A stretch of 60,000 nucleotides of DNA from Mobula hypostoma (GCF_963921235.1 NC_086108.1:50160001-50220000), one strand, 5' to 3'. Shown: positions 38,689 through 51,965, numbered from the stretch's first letter. The notes: generated from the letters alone by a model not told the origin. Numbers and translations are program-made.

Positions 38689-41600
38689 TATACTCCCTCA
38701 CAAAATGTTCCTGAGTGTGTTATTTCTTTAGACGCCGAGAAAGCTTTTGATAGAGTAGAATGGCCCTATTTATTTAAGGTGCTTGAAATGTTTAATTTTA
38801 GCTTGAAATTTATATCCTGGATTAAACTGTTATATCATTCCCCTGTAGCCTCGGTCCGTACTAACTCTTTAAACTCACCTTTTTTTCCTCTCTTTCGAGG
38901 TACTCGACAAGGCTGTCCTCTTAGTCCCCTATTATTTGATATTGCATTAGAACCTCTTGCAATTGCTATTCGAGAATCTTCAAATATTACTGGGATAACT
39001 CGGGGATTAAAGTCCCATAAATTATCACTCTATGCTGATGATTTACTGTTATATATTTCTAATCCTGAGAAATCCATTCCTGCTGTTTTAGAGTTATTAG
39101 CACAATTTGGTTTCTTTTCAGGTTATAAATTAAATCTTAGTAAGAGTGAACTCTTTCCGATTAATAAACATCTTCCCTTATATTATAAATTTCCATTTAA
39201 ATTGATTGATAATTATTTTTCTTATCTTGGGATTAAAATTACTTGTAAATATAAAGATTTATTTAAGATTAACTTTTTACCATTAATAGACCATATTACT
39301 CAACTTTCATCTAAATGGTTTCCCTTATATTTAACTTTGATTGGTCGTATTAATGCAGTTAAGATGTTTTTTTTGCCAAAATTTTTATATGTGTTTCAGG
39401 CATTACCAATTTTTGTTCCAAAATCTTTCTTTGATAAAGTTGACTCTAAAATTTCTTCATTTATTTGGCAGAATAAGAATCCGAGACTGGGTAAAATACA
39501 CTTACAGAAAGCTAAGAGAGATGGAGGTTTAGCATTACCTAACTTTAGATTCTATTATTGGGCTATTAATATTCGACATATGAAATTTTGGTTACTTGAT
39601 CAGGATATACTATCTATTCCTAAATGGGTAGCATTGGAACTACAATCTGTTCAGGGTTATACACTTGGCTCTATTTTAGGCTCCTCTCTCCCTTTTGATT
39701 CGAAACGCCTTAAGCAGGTCTCTAACCCGATAGTTAAATATGCTTTGCGCATTTGGTTTCAATTCAGAAAATTTTTTGATCTTAATCAATTCGGGTTAGC
39801 GATTCCTATTTTAGGTAACATATTTTTTCCTCCCTCTTTTACGGATCGCGCTTTTCAAACCTGGAAGACTAAGGGTATTTTACGGTTTTTGGATTTATTT
39901 TTAGATGGTTCCCTTATGTCTTTTGAACAATTATCTAATAAATATAATTTATCAAGAATACATTTTTTTAGATATTTACAAGTTAGAAATTTCCTAAGTA
40001 CTATACTTTCTTCCTTTCCAATGCTTCCTCCTACATATATTTTAGATTCGATAATTAACCTCAATCCATGTCAGAAAGGTGCATCGGCTATGATTTATAA
40101 TATTATTATGAAACTTAGGAAAGCTCCATTTGATAAGATTAGGGTAGATTGGGAACAGGAATTGGGGCTCACCATTTCTGTGGATGATTGGGGGCAGATT
40201 TTACAATTAGTTAATACTTCCTCTATTTGTGCTAAACATTCCCTAATTCAATTTAAAGTGGTTCATAGAGCACATATGTCCAAAGATAAGTCGTGAGAGG
40301 CCCCTTGGGTAAGAGTGACCATAATATGGTGGAATTCTTCATTAACATGGAGAGTGACGTAGTTAATTCAGAAACAAAGGTTCTGAACTTAAAGAGGGGT
40401 AACTTTGAAGGTATGAGTCGTGAATTAGCCAAGATAGACTGGCAAATGACACTTAAAGGATTGACGGTGGATATGCAATGGCAGGCATTTAAAGGTTGCA
40501 TGGATGAACTACAACAATTGTTCATCCCAGTTTGGCAAAAGAATAAATCAAGGAAGGTAGTGCACCCGTGGCTGACAAGAGAAATTAGGGATAGTATCAA
40601 TTCCAAAGAAGTAGCATACAAATTAGCCAGAGAAAGTGGCTCACCTGAGGACTGGGAGAAATTCAGAGTTCAGCAGAGGAGGACAAAGGGCTTAATTAGG
40701 AAGGGGAAAAAAGATTATGAGAGAAAACTGGCAGAGAACATAAAAACGGACTGTAAAAGCTTTTATAGATATGTAAAAAGGAAAAGACTGATAAAGACAA
40801 ATGTAGGTCCCCTGCAAACAGAAACAGGTGAATTGATTATGGGGAGCAAGGACATGGCAGACCAATTGAATAATTACTTTGGTTCTGTCTTCACTAAGGA
40901 GGACATAAATAATCTTCCAGAAATAGTAAGGGACAGAGGGTCCAGTGAGATGGAGGAACTGAGCGAAATACATGTTAGTAGGGAAGTGGTGTTAGGTAAA
41001 TTGAAGGGATTGAAGGCAGATAAATCCCCAGGGCCAGATGGTCTGCATCCCAGAGTGCTTAAGGAAGTGGCCCAAGAAATAGTGGATGCATTAGTGATAA
41101 TTTTTCAAAACTCGTTAGATTCTGGACTAGTTCCTGAGGATTGGAGGGTGGCTAATGTAACCCCACTTTTTAAAAAAGGAGGGAGAGAGAAACCGGGGAA
41201 TTATAGGCCGGTTAGCCTAACGTCGGTGGTGGGGAAACTGCTGGAGTCAGTTATCAAGGATGTGATAACAGCACATTTGGAAAGCGGTGAAATGATCGGA
41301 CAAAGTCAGCATGGATTTGTGAAAGGAAAATCATGTCTGACGAATCTCATAGAATTTTTTGAGGATGTAACTAGTAGAGTGGATAGGGGAGAACCAGTGG
41401 ATGTGGTATATTTGGATTTTCAAAAGGCTTTTGACAAGGTCCCACACAGGAGATTAGTGTGCAAACTTAAAGCACACGGTATTGGGGGTAAGGTATTGGT
41501 GTGGGTGGAGAATTGGTTAGCAGACAGGAAGCAAAGAGTGGGAATAAACGGGACCTTTTCAGAATGGCAGGCGGTGACTAGTGGGGTACCGCAAGGCTCA

Positions 41601-43383
41601 GTGCTAGGACCCCAGTTGTTTACAATATATATTAATGACTTGGATGAGGGAATTAAATGCAGCATCTCCAAGTTTGCGGATGACACGAAGCTGGGTGGCA
41701 GTGTTAGCAGTGAGGAGGATGCTAAGAGGATGCAGGGTGACTTGGATAGGTTGGGTGAATGGGCAAACTCATGGCAGATCCAATTTAATGTGGATAAATG
41801 TGAAGTTATCCACTTTGGTGGCAAAAATAGGAAAACAGATTATTATCTGAATGGTGGCCGATTAGGAAAAGGGGAGGTGCAACGAGACCTGGGTGTCATT
41901 ATACACCAGTCATTGAAAGTGGGCATGCAGGTACAGCAGGCGGTGAAAAAGGCGAACGGTATGCTGGCATTTATAGCGAGAGGATTCGAGTACAGGAGCA
42001 GGGAGGTACTACTGCAGTTGTACAAGGCCTTGGTGAGACCACACCTGGAGTATTGTGTGCAGTTTTGGTCCCTTAATCTGAGGAAAGACATCTTTGCCAT
42101 AGAGGGAGTACAAAGAAGGTTCACCAGATTGATTCCTGGGATGGCAGGTCTTTCATATGAAGAAAGACTGGATGAACTGGGCTTGTACTCGTTGGAATTT
42201 AGAAGATTGAGGGGGGATCTGATTGAAACGTATAAGATCCTAAAGGGATTGGACAGGCTAGATGCGGGAAGATGGTTCCCGATGTTGGGGAGGTCCAGAA
42301 CGAGGGGTCACAGTTTGAGGATAGAGGGGAAGCCTTTTAGGACCGAGATTAGGAAAAACTTCTTCACACAGAGAGTGGTGAATCTGTGGAATTCTCTGCC
42401 ACAGCAAACTGTTGAGGCCAGTTCATTAGCTATGTTTAAAAGGAAGTTAGATATGGCCCTTGTGGCTACAGGGGTCAGGGGGTATGGAGGGAAGGCTGGG
42501 TTCTGAGTTGGATGATCAGCCATGATCATAATAAATGGCGGTGCAGGCTCGAAGGGCTGAATGGCCTACTCCTGCACCTATTTTCTATGTTTCTATAAGT
42601 TAGCGCGTTTTTACTCGCATATTAATCCTTTTTGGGATAGATGTTCGGGGCAGATAGCCTCTTTAACTCATATGTTTTGGTCTTGTCCTACTTTGGAAAC
42701 TTTTTGGAGAGATATTTTTAATATTATTTCTAAGGTATTAAATATAGATATCTCTCCTCACCCTATTACTGCTATCTTTGGACTTCCTAAAATTTCTAGT
42801 AATCTTTCCCCTTCAGCCCGTAGAATGATTGCATTTCTTACTTTAATGGCGAAAAGGTGTATTTTACAACATTGGAAAGAGCTTAATGCTCCAACTACCT
42901 TTTTTTGGTTCTCTCAGACGATTTTATGTTTGAATCTGGAGAAAATTAGAAGCAACCTTTATGATTCTTCATTTAAATTTGAACAGGTTTGGGGACCTTT
43001 TATTCGATACTTTCATTTAATGTAATACATACCCTTCTTGTTTTTTTTCCACTGTTTTTAAAGGAGGTCGGGATTGAGGACGTGATTTTAAGTTTAACTC
43101 TGTTTGGTTTCAAGTTAGCCCATTGCTTTGCTTTGCTTTTAGTTAGTTGCACGGTGGGTTTTTTTTTGGGGGTTTTTTTTTTCTTTTTTTTTCCATTGAT
43201 ATATATATAAAATTTAGTATACTATTATGTTATCTTGGTTTTTTATGTTTAAATTACATTGTTTGTAGTATTTTTTTTGGTATTGATACCTTCTGGAATT
43301 CTATTATATTTTAACATTGTATTAATGTTTATATGGTTTACCTTTTTGTATACTTATTCAATAAAAAGATTTAAAAAGAAAAG
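38689..43383 (+). mobile_element. Young L1-clade LINE, 5'-truncated within ORF2, interrupted by CR1
   Basis: 18-bp TSD aaagttttgtggctagtt (38671-38688, 43384-43401); SLDAEKAFD, RQGCPLSP, LYADD; C-terminal H-x4-C knuckle after 42600; T-rich 3' UTR, aataaa and A-rich tail. Confidence 0.95.
40292..42594 (+). mobile_element. Young CR1 LINE, 5'-truncated, with uninterrupted 737-codon ORF2 segment
   Basis: ORF 40293-42506 with intact KFADD; near-identical to 21128-23413; flanked by ataagt (40286-40291, 42595-42600). Confidence 0.96.
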
Positions 43384-44265
43384 AAAGTTTTGTGGCTAGT
43401 TATTTAATTTTACGGACTTCAATAGATCAAGGCATAGGCACAGAATGTTCTCCCAACCACAACTAGGTTTACACAGTGATCCACAACAACTATTAGAGAA
43501 GGTGGCTGTGAAACACAGAGTAAAACAAATACTGGGCTCGCTATCCATTCATAATTTCTAACAACTAAGCATTAAATAGAATAAAAGTCATAGAAAAGTA
43601 CAGCATCTTCATCCCATCTAGTCTGTGCAGAACCATTTAAACTGCTGAGTCCTATCGACCTGTACTGAAACTATAGCCTCCATACCCCTAGCACCCACGT
43701 ACCGAACCAAACTTCTATTAAACGTAGAAACTGAGCTCAAATGCACCACTTACACTGGCAGCTTATTCCACACTCTCACAACCCTCTAAGTGAAGTTTCC
43801 CATCATGTTCCCCTTAAACATTTCACCTCTCACCTTTAACTCATGACCTCTAGTTGTAGTCTCACCCAACCGCAGAGGAAAAAGCCTGTTTGCATTTTCC
43901 CTATCGATACCCCTCGTAATTTGGTATCCCTCTATCAAATCTCCATTCAATCTTCTACATTCCAAGGAATAAAGTCCTAACCAATTCAATCTTTCCTTAT
44001 AACTCAGGTCCTCCAGACCCAGCAATATCCTTGTAAATTTTCTCTGTACCTTTTCAACCTTATTTACATCTTTCCTGAAGGTAGGTGGCAAAAACTGCAC
44101 CGAATACTGCAAATTAGACCTCACAACATTTTATACAACTTCAACTTAACATCCCATCTGCTGTACTAAATCACAAGAAAATCTGCAGATGCTGGAAATT
44201 CAAGTAACACACACAAAATGCTGGTGGAATGCAGCAGGCCAGGCAGCATCCATGGGAAGAAGTAC

Positions 44266-44301
44266 AGTCGACGTTTTGGGTCGAGACCCTTCGTCAGGAC
44301 T
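44266..44301 (-). ncRNA. Hammerhead motif with mutated core (GAAA to AAAA)
   Basis: Minus strand AGTC-CTGACGA-a-GGGT(ctcg)ACCC-AAAAC-GTC-GACT. Confidence 0.6.
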
Positions 44302-46152
44302 AACTGAAAGAAGAGACAGTAAGAGATTTGAAAGTGGGAGGGGGAGGGGGAGATCTGAAATGATAGGAGAAGACAGGAGGGGGAGGGATGAAGCTAAGAG
44401 CTGGAAAGTTGATTGGCAAAAGGGATACATGGCTGGCGAAGGGAGAGGATTGTGGGACGGGAGGCATGGGGAGAAAGAAAGGTGGGGGGGGGAGCACCAG
44501 AGGAAGATGGAGAACAGGCAAGGAGTATTTGTGAGAGGGAAAGAGGGAGCGAGAGAATGAATGAATGAATGAATAAAGGATGGGGTAAGAAGGGGAGAAG
44601 GGGCATTAACATAAGTTAGAGAAATCAGTGTTCATGCCATCAGGTTGGAGGCTACCCAGACGGAATATAAGGTGTTGTTCCTCCAACCTGAGTGTGGCTT
44701 CATCTCAACAGTAGAGGAGGCCATTGGTAGACATAACAGAATGGAAATGGGACGTGGAATTAAAGCGTGTGGCCACTGGGAGATCCTGCTTCCTCTGACG
44801 GACAGAGCGTAGGTGTTCAGTGAAGCGGTCTCCCAACCTGCCTTGGGTCTCACCAATATATAGGCCACACAATATATCACACCAGACGACTCACAGGTGA
44901 AGTGTTGCCTCACCTGAAAGGTCTGTCTGGGGCCCTGAATGGTGGTGAGGGAGGAAGTGTAAGGGTAGGTGTAGCACTTGTTCTGCTTACAAGGATAAGT
45001 GCCAGGAAGGAGATCGGTGGGAAGGGATGGGGGGGAACGAATGGACAAGGGAGTCGCGTTGGGAGCGATCCCTGCAGAAAGAAATTGGCGCTGCTTCCTG
45101 CACGCATGCTGAGCTCATTGACTCCATCAACTTTGCCTCCAACTTCCACCCTGCCCTCAGATTTATCTGGTCCATTTCCGACACCTCCCTCCCATTCCTT
45201 GATCTCTCTGTCTCTATCTCTGGAGACAGCTTATCCACTGATGTCCACTATAAACCTACTGACTCTCACAGCTACCTGGACTATTCCTCTTCTCACCCTG
45301 TCTCTTGCAAAAATGCCATCCCCTTCTCGCAATTCCTCCATCTCTGCCGCACCTGCTCTCAGGATGAGTCTTTTCATTTAAGAACGAAGGAGATGTCTTC
45401 CTTTTTTAAACAAAGGGGTTTCCTTCCTCCACCATCAACTCTGCCCTCCAACACATTTCCCCCATTTCACGCACATCTGCTCTCACTCCATCCTCCCGTC
45501 ACCCCACTAGGAATAGGGTTCCCCTGGTCCTCACCTACCACCCCACCAGCCTCCAGGTCCAACATATTATTCTCCATAACTTCCGCCACCTCCAACGGGA
45601 TCCCACCACTAAGCACATCTTTCCCTCCCCCAACTTTCTGCTTTCTGCAGGGATCGCTCCCTATGTGACTCCCTTGTCCATTCATCCCCCCCATCCCTCC
45701 CCACTGATCTCCCTCCTGGCATTTATCCTTGTAAGTGGAACAAGTGCTACACATGCCCTTACACTTCCTCCCTCACCACCACTCAGGGCCCCAGACAGTC
45801 CTTCCAGGTGAGGCAACACTTCACCTGTGAGTCGGCTGGTGCGATATACTGTGTGGCCTTCTATATATTGGTGAGACCCGATGTAGATTGGGAGACCGCT
45901 TCGCTGAACACCTACACTCTGTCCGCCAGAGAAAGCAGTATCTCCCAGTGGCCACACATTTTAATTCCACATCCCATTCTGACATGTCTATCCATGGCCT
46001 CCTCTACTGTAAAGATGAAGCCACACTCAGGTTGGAGGAACAACACCTTATATTCCGTCTGGGTAGCATCCAACCTGATGGCATGAACATTGACTTCTCA
46101 AACTTCCGTTAATGCCCCTCCTCCCATTCTTACCCCATCCGTTATTTATTTA

Positions 46153-46184
<32 letters not shown>

Positions 46185-46405
46185 ACAATAACTCCTTGCC
46201 TGTCCTCCATCTTCCTCTGGTGCCCCCCTCCCCCTTTCTTTCTTCCCAGGCCATCCGTCCCATGATACTCTCCCTTCTCCAGCCCTGTATCCCTTTTGTC
46301 AATCAACTTTCCAGCTCTTAGCTTCATCCCTCCCCCCTCCTGTCTTCTATCATTTCGGGTCTCCCCCTCCCACTTTCAAATCTCTTACTATCTCTTTTGT
46401 CCGTT

Positions 46406-46441
46406 AGTCCTGACGATGGGTCTCGATCCGAAACATCGACT
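46406..46441 (+). ncRNA. Minimal type I hammerhead ribozyme motif in PLE terminal repeat
   Basis: AGTC-CTGACGA-t-GGGT(ctcg)ATCC-GAAAC-ATC-GACT. Confidence 0.68.
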
Positions 46442-48357
46442 GTACTTCTTCCTATAGATGCTACCTGGCCTGCTGCGTTCCACCAAATACTTTGATTTAT
46501 GAAGGCCGATGTGCCAAATGTTTTCTTTATGACCCTATCCATCTATGTCACCAATTTTCAATTAATCATGGACCTATATTCCCAGATCCCTTTATTTAAG
46601 CACACTCCTCAGTGCCCTACCGTCCACTGTGTAAACCTGTCCTAGTTGTTCCTACCGAACTGTAAGACCTTGCACTTGTCTGCATTACCTTCAATCTGCC
46701 ATTTCTCAGCTGGGTAAGATCCCACTGCAAGCTTTGATTGTCTTTCTCACTGTCCATTACACCCCCAGTCTCGGTGTTATCCACAAACTTGCTGATCCAG
46801 TTAATCACATTATCATCTAGATTATTGATATAGATGACAAACAGCAAAGGGCCCAGTACCAACCGCTGCAGCACTCCACTAGTCACAGGCCTCCAGTCAG
46901 ACAGGCAACCATCTACTACCACTCTCTGGTTTCTCCCACAAAGCCAATGCCTAATCCAATTTACTACCTTACCTCGAATGCTGAGCAACTGAATCTTCTT
47001 GACCAACCTCCCATGCAGGACCTTGTCAAGTGCCTTGCTAAAGTCCATGTAGACAACAGCCACTGCCTTGCCCTCATCAACTTTCTGGTTACCTTCCTTA
47101 AAAAACTCTATAAGATTGGTTAGACATGATCTACCACACACAAAGCCATGCTCACTATCCCTAATAGGTCCCTGTCTATCCAAATACTATACATATCTAG
47201 CCTTCCAATAACTTTCCCACAACTGATGTCACGCTCACCGGCCTATAATTTCTTTGTTTATTTTTACAGCCTTTCTTAAACAGTGGAACAACATTATCTA
47301 TCCTCTAATCCTCCAGCACCTCACCTGTCCCTAAGGATGATTTAAATATCTCTGCTAAGGCTGCTGCGTTTTCTGCATTTGCCTCACACAGGGTTCCAAG
47401 GGGACACCTTGTCAGGCCCTGGGAATTTACCCTCCCTGACTGCTGACTCATTGAAGTGGTTCATTAATAACTCACCTCTCAGTTCGGGGTAACTGGGGAT
47501 GGACATGCTGGCATTGCTAGTGACATCCACAGCCCACAAAGCAATAGAAAATTTAGAGTGGAAACACATTCAATTTATAAAAAGGATACATGTTTACTCA
47601 TTTTAATAAAGCCTCTTAAAGCACTGGTTTGAGAATTTCTTCCCTAAATCCAGTTACAAAACAAATTCAAAGCAACCGAGCTTCCAAACAAAATAAAGTT
47701 CCAAGTTCAAAATTAAATTTCTCTCTTTCTTGGACAAAATCAGCCTTTTCAGTCAAAATTAACAGGAGCACCGTTGGTATTCACTGTCATTTAGGCTCAC
47801 GGTTTAGTAGATTTGGGTGAGGAGAGATGTATAATTAAACTCAAAACTTTTTTTTGTCCAGGTGGAGCTACTCCGGTTCATGGAAACAGTTTATCATTAA
47901 CCAGTTTATCAGTGGAATGTGTCGAGTAGCCTGAGGTTTCTACATGTCACTCAGATACAAACAAGCATAATAAAGGGTTAGGACAGGTTATTACAAGTTT
48001 AAATACCCTACACATGTTAATAACTACCAAACAACTTCACTGCACTGAACATTTACAATAAGTATGCTTATTCCTTCCAATCTTAATTGTTTCTAAAACA
48101 TAACATAAGAAGTCCTGTCCACTTCTTCTCCTCTTTCTCTAATGTAACTTCTATACCAAATTCAATACTAAATCACCAACCTAATTTGCAGTTCTCTTCC
48201 ATATGCTATCAATCTGATTGGTTAAGGAGACAGACAGTTGCTTCTTCCTTACACTCAGGATTTTTGAGATATGGAGTATCAGATACTCTCGTTGTTAAAT
48301 CATCAACTGCACTTTCAGCAACACCTTGAAAAGATGTTTACTCTAATGTTGACTACA

Positions 48358-50004
48358 CAGTGGACTCTAGTTAATTGGGACACATTAGGACCAGTCTCTC
48401 TTCTCTCTCGCTTTGGTTGTCCATCGAAATCCGATGACGACGGCCACTCCTTTAACGGTGAGATCTTTGATGACTATACAGCCTTATCCCGGACCCACAA
48501 GCTCTATTGCAGGTGGGACATGTACTGTATATGTGGTAGTGGTGGCAACCATGGCTGCATTTCTCCTGGCTCTCTTCTGCTGTCTTCTGGTTGTTCTTTC
48601 CATCTCCAGAATACGAACCCCATCCCTACACAGCTGTCGCCAAGTGGTACGGTCAGCAGCAACATCCTCCAGGTCCTCGGGTCTGATCTTGCACTTCCTT
48701 AAAGCATTCTTCATCCTATCCTTATAGTGCTTCTTCGGCCCTCCAGCTGAGTGTCAACCATGATGTAGCTGGCTGTATAACACTCTGGGGGTAGCCGATA
48801 TGGGGGCATCCTTATCACGTGCCCCAGCCACTGCAGCTGACGCTGGGTGATCATGGCTTCAATACTCCTGCAGTTGGTCTTTACAAGTATTTCAGTGTGA
48901 CGCACCGCTCATGCCAGGTAATTCCCAGGATGTCATTTATAAGAACAAGGGTGACAAAGCCATCTGCGGCAATAGTATGGGCATATCGCTCCTTTCTGTT
49001 GCTGGAAAGGTCCTGGCTAAAGTGATGCTTCAGAGACTCATCAGCAACATCACCGAGTCAATGCTGCCTGAATCGCAGTGTGGATTTAGGAAGAACAGGA
49101 GTACGATCAACATGATCTTCACAGCCCGGCAGCTTCAGGAAAAGTGCCAGGAGCAACATCAGGACCTGTTCTTCCACATTACGACCAGTACACTTTGGCC
49201 CAAGGAAGCGACTACCCCAGTTAGTCCAAGTTTCATGGAAATAGGTTAGATTAGATTATGAGGACACGCAGTCCCTTTTTATTGTCATTTAGTAATCGTG
49301 CCGCCATCTTCTCCTCCCTCCTATACCTTTTATAGTTAAAAAGGTATAAAAAAAGACAAACTTCTGTTTAATTGAGTTACAAATTATATAGGTATTTAAA
49401 AGAAGTACAGAACAAATAAGAACATTATCAATACTACAACAGTACTACAAACCTGCGTGTTAGTTCCTAATAATTATCAATGGAGGAATTCATTCAGTAT
49501 ATGCTGCTATGTTCTTTTGAATGACTGTACATTAACAAAAATCAGAACAAGCTTGGAGTACAGATAATAGATTGCCTTTATACAACACTATCGATGACTG
49601 CATCCTCCAAATCTTCAATTTTCATTCCTGGACTTTTCTGGCATCTCCAAGACTGAATGCTTGAAAGCACAGTGAGAAAGACAGTTCTGAATTGTCTTAC
49701 TGCTTATTTCTCACCAATTATCAGAGAAAAAAATCACCGGTTTTGAACACAAGCACACGCAACTGATACTATTTAAAAACTATTCGCCCTAAGCACAGTG
49801 TAGTGTCACACAAGTACACACATCTGACACTAGTTAGAAACTGATCAGCAACAGTCTCTTGCCCCATTTAAGTGGTATAGTGTCCTAAATAAATGAAGGG
49901 AATCCCGACTATTTTCTCGATTAATTTTTGTTTTTTTTAAAAGAGTTGTCCCAAATAAGCAGCTGCCCCAATTAACCAATGACCCAATTAACTGGAATGC
50001 ACTG
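48358..50004. mobile_element. Tigger/pogo-like non-autonomous element (same family as 3450-4227) containing an RTE insertion
   Basis: cagtggactctagttaattggg ... cccaattaactggaatgcactg|ta; shared internal sequence. Confidence 0.72.
48396..49174. mobile_element. RTE-clade LINE with 5' inversion (3' end on -, RT piece on +)
   Basis: 15-bp TSD with one mismatch cacatta(g/c)gaccagt (48381-48395, 49175-49189); + piece GISLLSVAGK...PESQCGFRKNRST...RQLQEKC; - piece QWLGHVIRMP...AADRTTWR. Confidence 0.85.
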
Positions 50005-50320
50005 TAAAACCAGATGAAAATCTGGCCCATTATTCCATTTGAAGGGATTACAGTTAGGTCCTTTTGGGACATTTCTATTTATCATGCATCTAGAATTTCA
50101 ATGAGTTTCTGATATGGTCAGATAGGGAATTCTCTATGGATCAAGCTCTGTGCCAAGTTCATTTCCCCTTCCACCCAAACTGTGCAATTCTTTCTCACAA
50201 TTCTAACAGAAGTAACATTTGCATCATGTTGATAGTACTTTAAGCCACTGAACACTTAATAAGAAAGATTCAAGTTATACATTCTTGCTTTTAAAAAAAA
50301 ATACATAAAATGAAGCATAC

Positions 50321-50380
50321 CAGAGGCTGCAAGGGAGCGAAACCTGAGAATTCATCTTTGTCGATGACTGATGCAACCAC
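50321..50380 (-). CDS. NCF2: NCF2 exon (activation domain; [20 protein letters not shown])
   Basis: 60 nt, tag/gtatgc; human counterpart is [20 protein letters not shown]. Confidence 0.96.
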
Positions 50381-50677
50381 CTAGAATACGAGCAAATGAG
50401 AGCAGCTGAATTCAGTGTGTGGAGACTGCACAGGCTTCTGACCTGACAGGATATTCATCAGTGATCATTTCCTCCTTTCAAATGTCCTTAGCTCTTTGAC
50501 CAAGCTGTGGTATAAAGGTCCTAATACCTGCATCATGTGTCTTGCCATCAAACTTTGTTTGACTACTCACTGGCAAAACATTTTACTGCATTAAAACTGC
50601 TCTGGAAATAAATGATGCACAGAGTCGGAAACTAGCTGGAAATGTCATTTTGGTGTGATGGTGCACAGGCTGTGTTA

Positions 50678-50772
50678 ACACACACAAAATGCTGGAGGAA
50701 CTCAGCAGGCCAGGCAGCATCTATGGAAAAAAGTACAGTCCACGTTTCATCCGAAATCCTTCGGCAGGACTA
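50678..50772 (-). mobile_element. Penelope-like terminal fragment with decayed hammerhead
   Basis: Minus strand agtc-ctgCcga-aggatttcggat-gaaac-gtG-gact followed by the usual PLE terminal sequence. Confidence 0.65.
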
Positions 50773-51499
50773 GTCAAAAAAAGCTGTGGTATTGACTTGT
50801 CAATTTTCAACATCACTCACCACTATTAACTTTATTGATTTTGATCAGAAAAAAAAATAAAATCAGGAGAGGTAAAGAGTGGGTTGTGAATTCACTGTCA
50901 TCTATTTTATCTGGTCTCCGTTGTCAAAATAACCTACCCTGTATGGAATTTGGAAGCCATTATTGCCATCATGTCTAAACTCTTTACTGTGCTTCCTCAT
51001 TGTACAGCATCTCCTCAAGTTAAGTGTCTTATGAACAACACTTCCCAGAGAACCACCTTTTCAGCCATGGGGGTCAATATCTGCTTTAAAAGTAAAACCT
51101 AACCCCACTCACCACCCAGGCTCTCCCCTAGCAGCCATTTCAAGACGGACCACTCTTCCATTTACGAAGATGCAATTGTCTCTCTGGGTCACCTGAACAA
51201 GAACACCACTGGCAACAGCCCAGGAGCAGGGCAGGTCCCCATTTACTGCAGGCAGCAAGGCATCAGGTACAATAATGGGAGTCAATACTGCTCCAGGCTG
51301 AACTCATCTTAAAAAATGTGACAAAAATCACTCAATCAGCCTTTGTTACGTAATATCTAATTGTCCAACATCGCTGACTGTTTCATTCTGTGTTGCTATC
51401 CCTCTACGGGTTTTCAGTTGGCCTGTATTGCTTAAAGCATAATCACACAACCCCTTTTCCCTCAAATAAAAAGTGCCTTTGGAAAAGGAGAGTATAATT

Positions 51500-51965
51500 A
51501 TGAAGACCCACTTACTTCTTCTCAAAATCAGAGTATGTCAAAGCTCCGTTCCAGATACGATCGTTCTTCTGCGGTGAACCCAGCACCCAGGCAAGGGCAG
51601 ACACACACCCCAGGTTTCCACTGATTGTACCTTTACACCCTGTGAGCCTCTGGTCGGTTCCCGCGAACCGGTCCTCCAAACTCCCACCACTTGTGGGGGC
51701 ACACTGCTCTTTCCAGGGTCTCGTGGTGTGTCGCGTGCCTTAGCAAACCTGCTCCTTTTATCCCCCTGCTGGGGTATCACCTGTCCATCAAACTTCAAAC
51801 AGTTCAGGTTCAAAGCAACTGGTCTGTCAATATCTGAATTGTGTTTCTTTCCCGTTAATCCCTCTCTTCTCTCTTATTAGCATTTTGAATGTTTCTCCAT
51901 TGTCTTTCTTATCTCTCTCATTAGCATCATCTGTCCGGTAGCTCTGCTGGGCGTCACACATGACA
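51500..51965 (-). mobile_element. Possible solo LTR
   Basis: GC-richer ~465-nt block with TG...CA-type ends and a gggggataaaag TATA-like motif on -; no TSD confirmed. Confidence 0.35.

Larger units (their letters stand above)
44172..46484. mobile_element. Penelope-like element with inverted arms (- arm 44172-~45080, + arm ~45081-46484)
   Basis: PFLD and YKPTDSHSYLDYSSSHP RT/thumb motifs; GIY-YIG remnant IYC...YIGET...RFAEH; terminal repeats with hammerheads; aaat duplicated at both junctions. Confidence 0.9.
43590..47385 (-). mobile_element. CR1 LINE fragment split by a Penelope-like element
   Basis: ORF pieces 46617-47183 (YMDFSKA, VTSGV) and 43786-44124 (RRLNGDL); sequence contiguous across 44171/46485. 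Confidence 0.88.
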
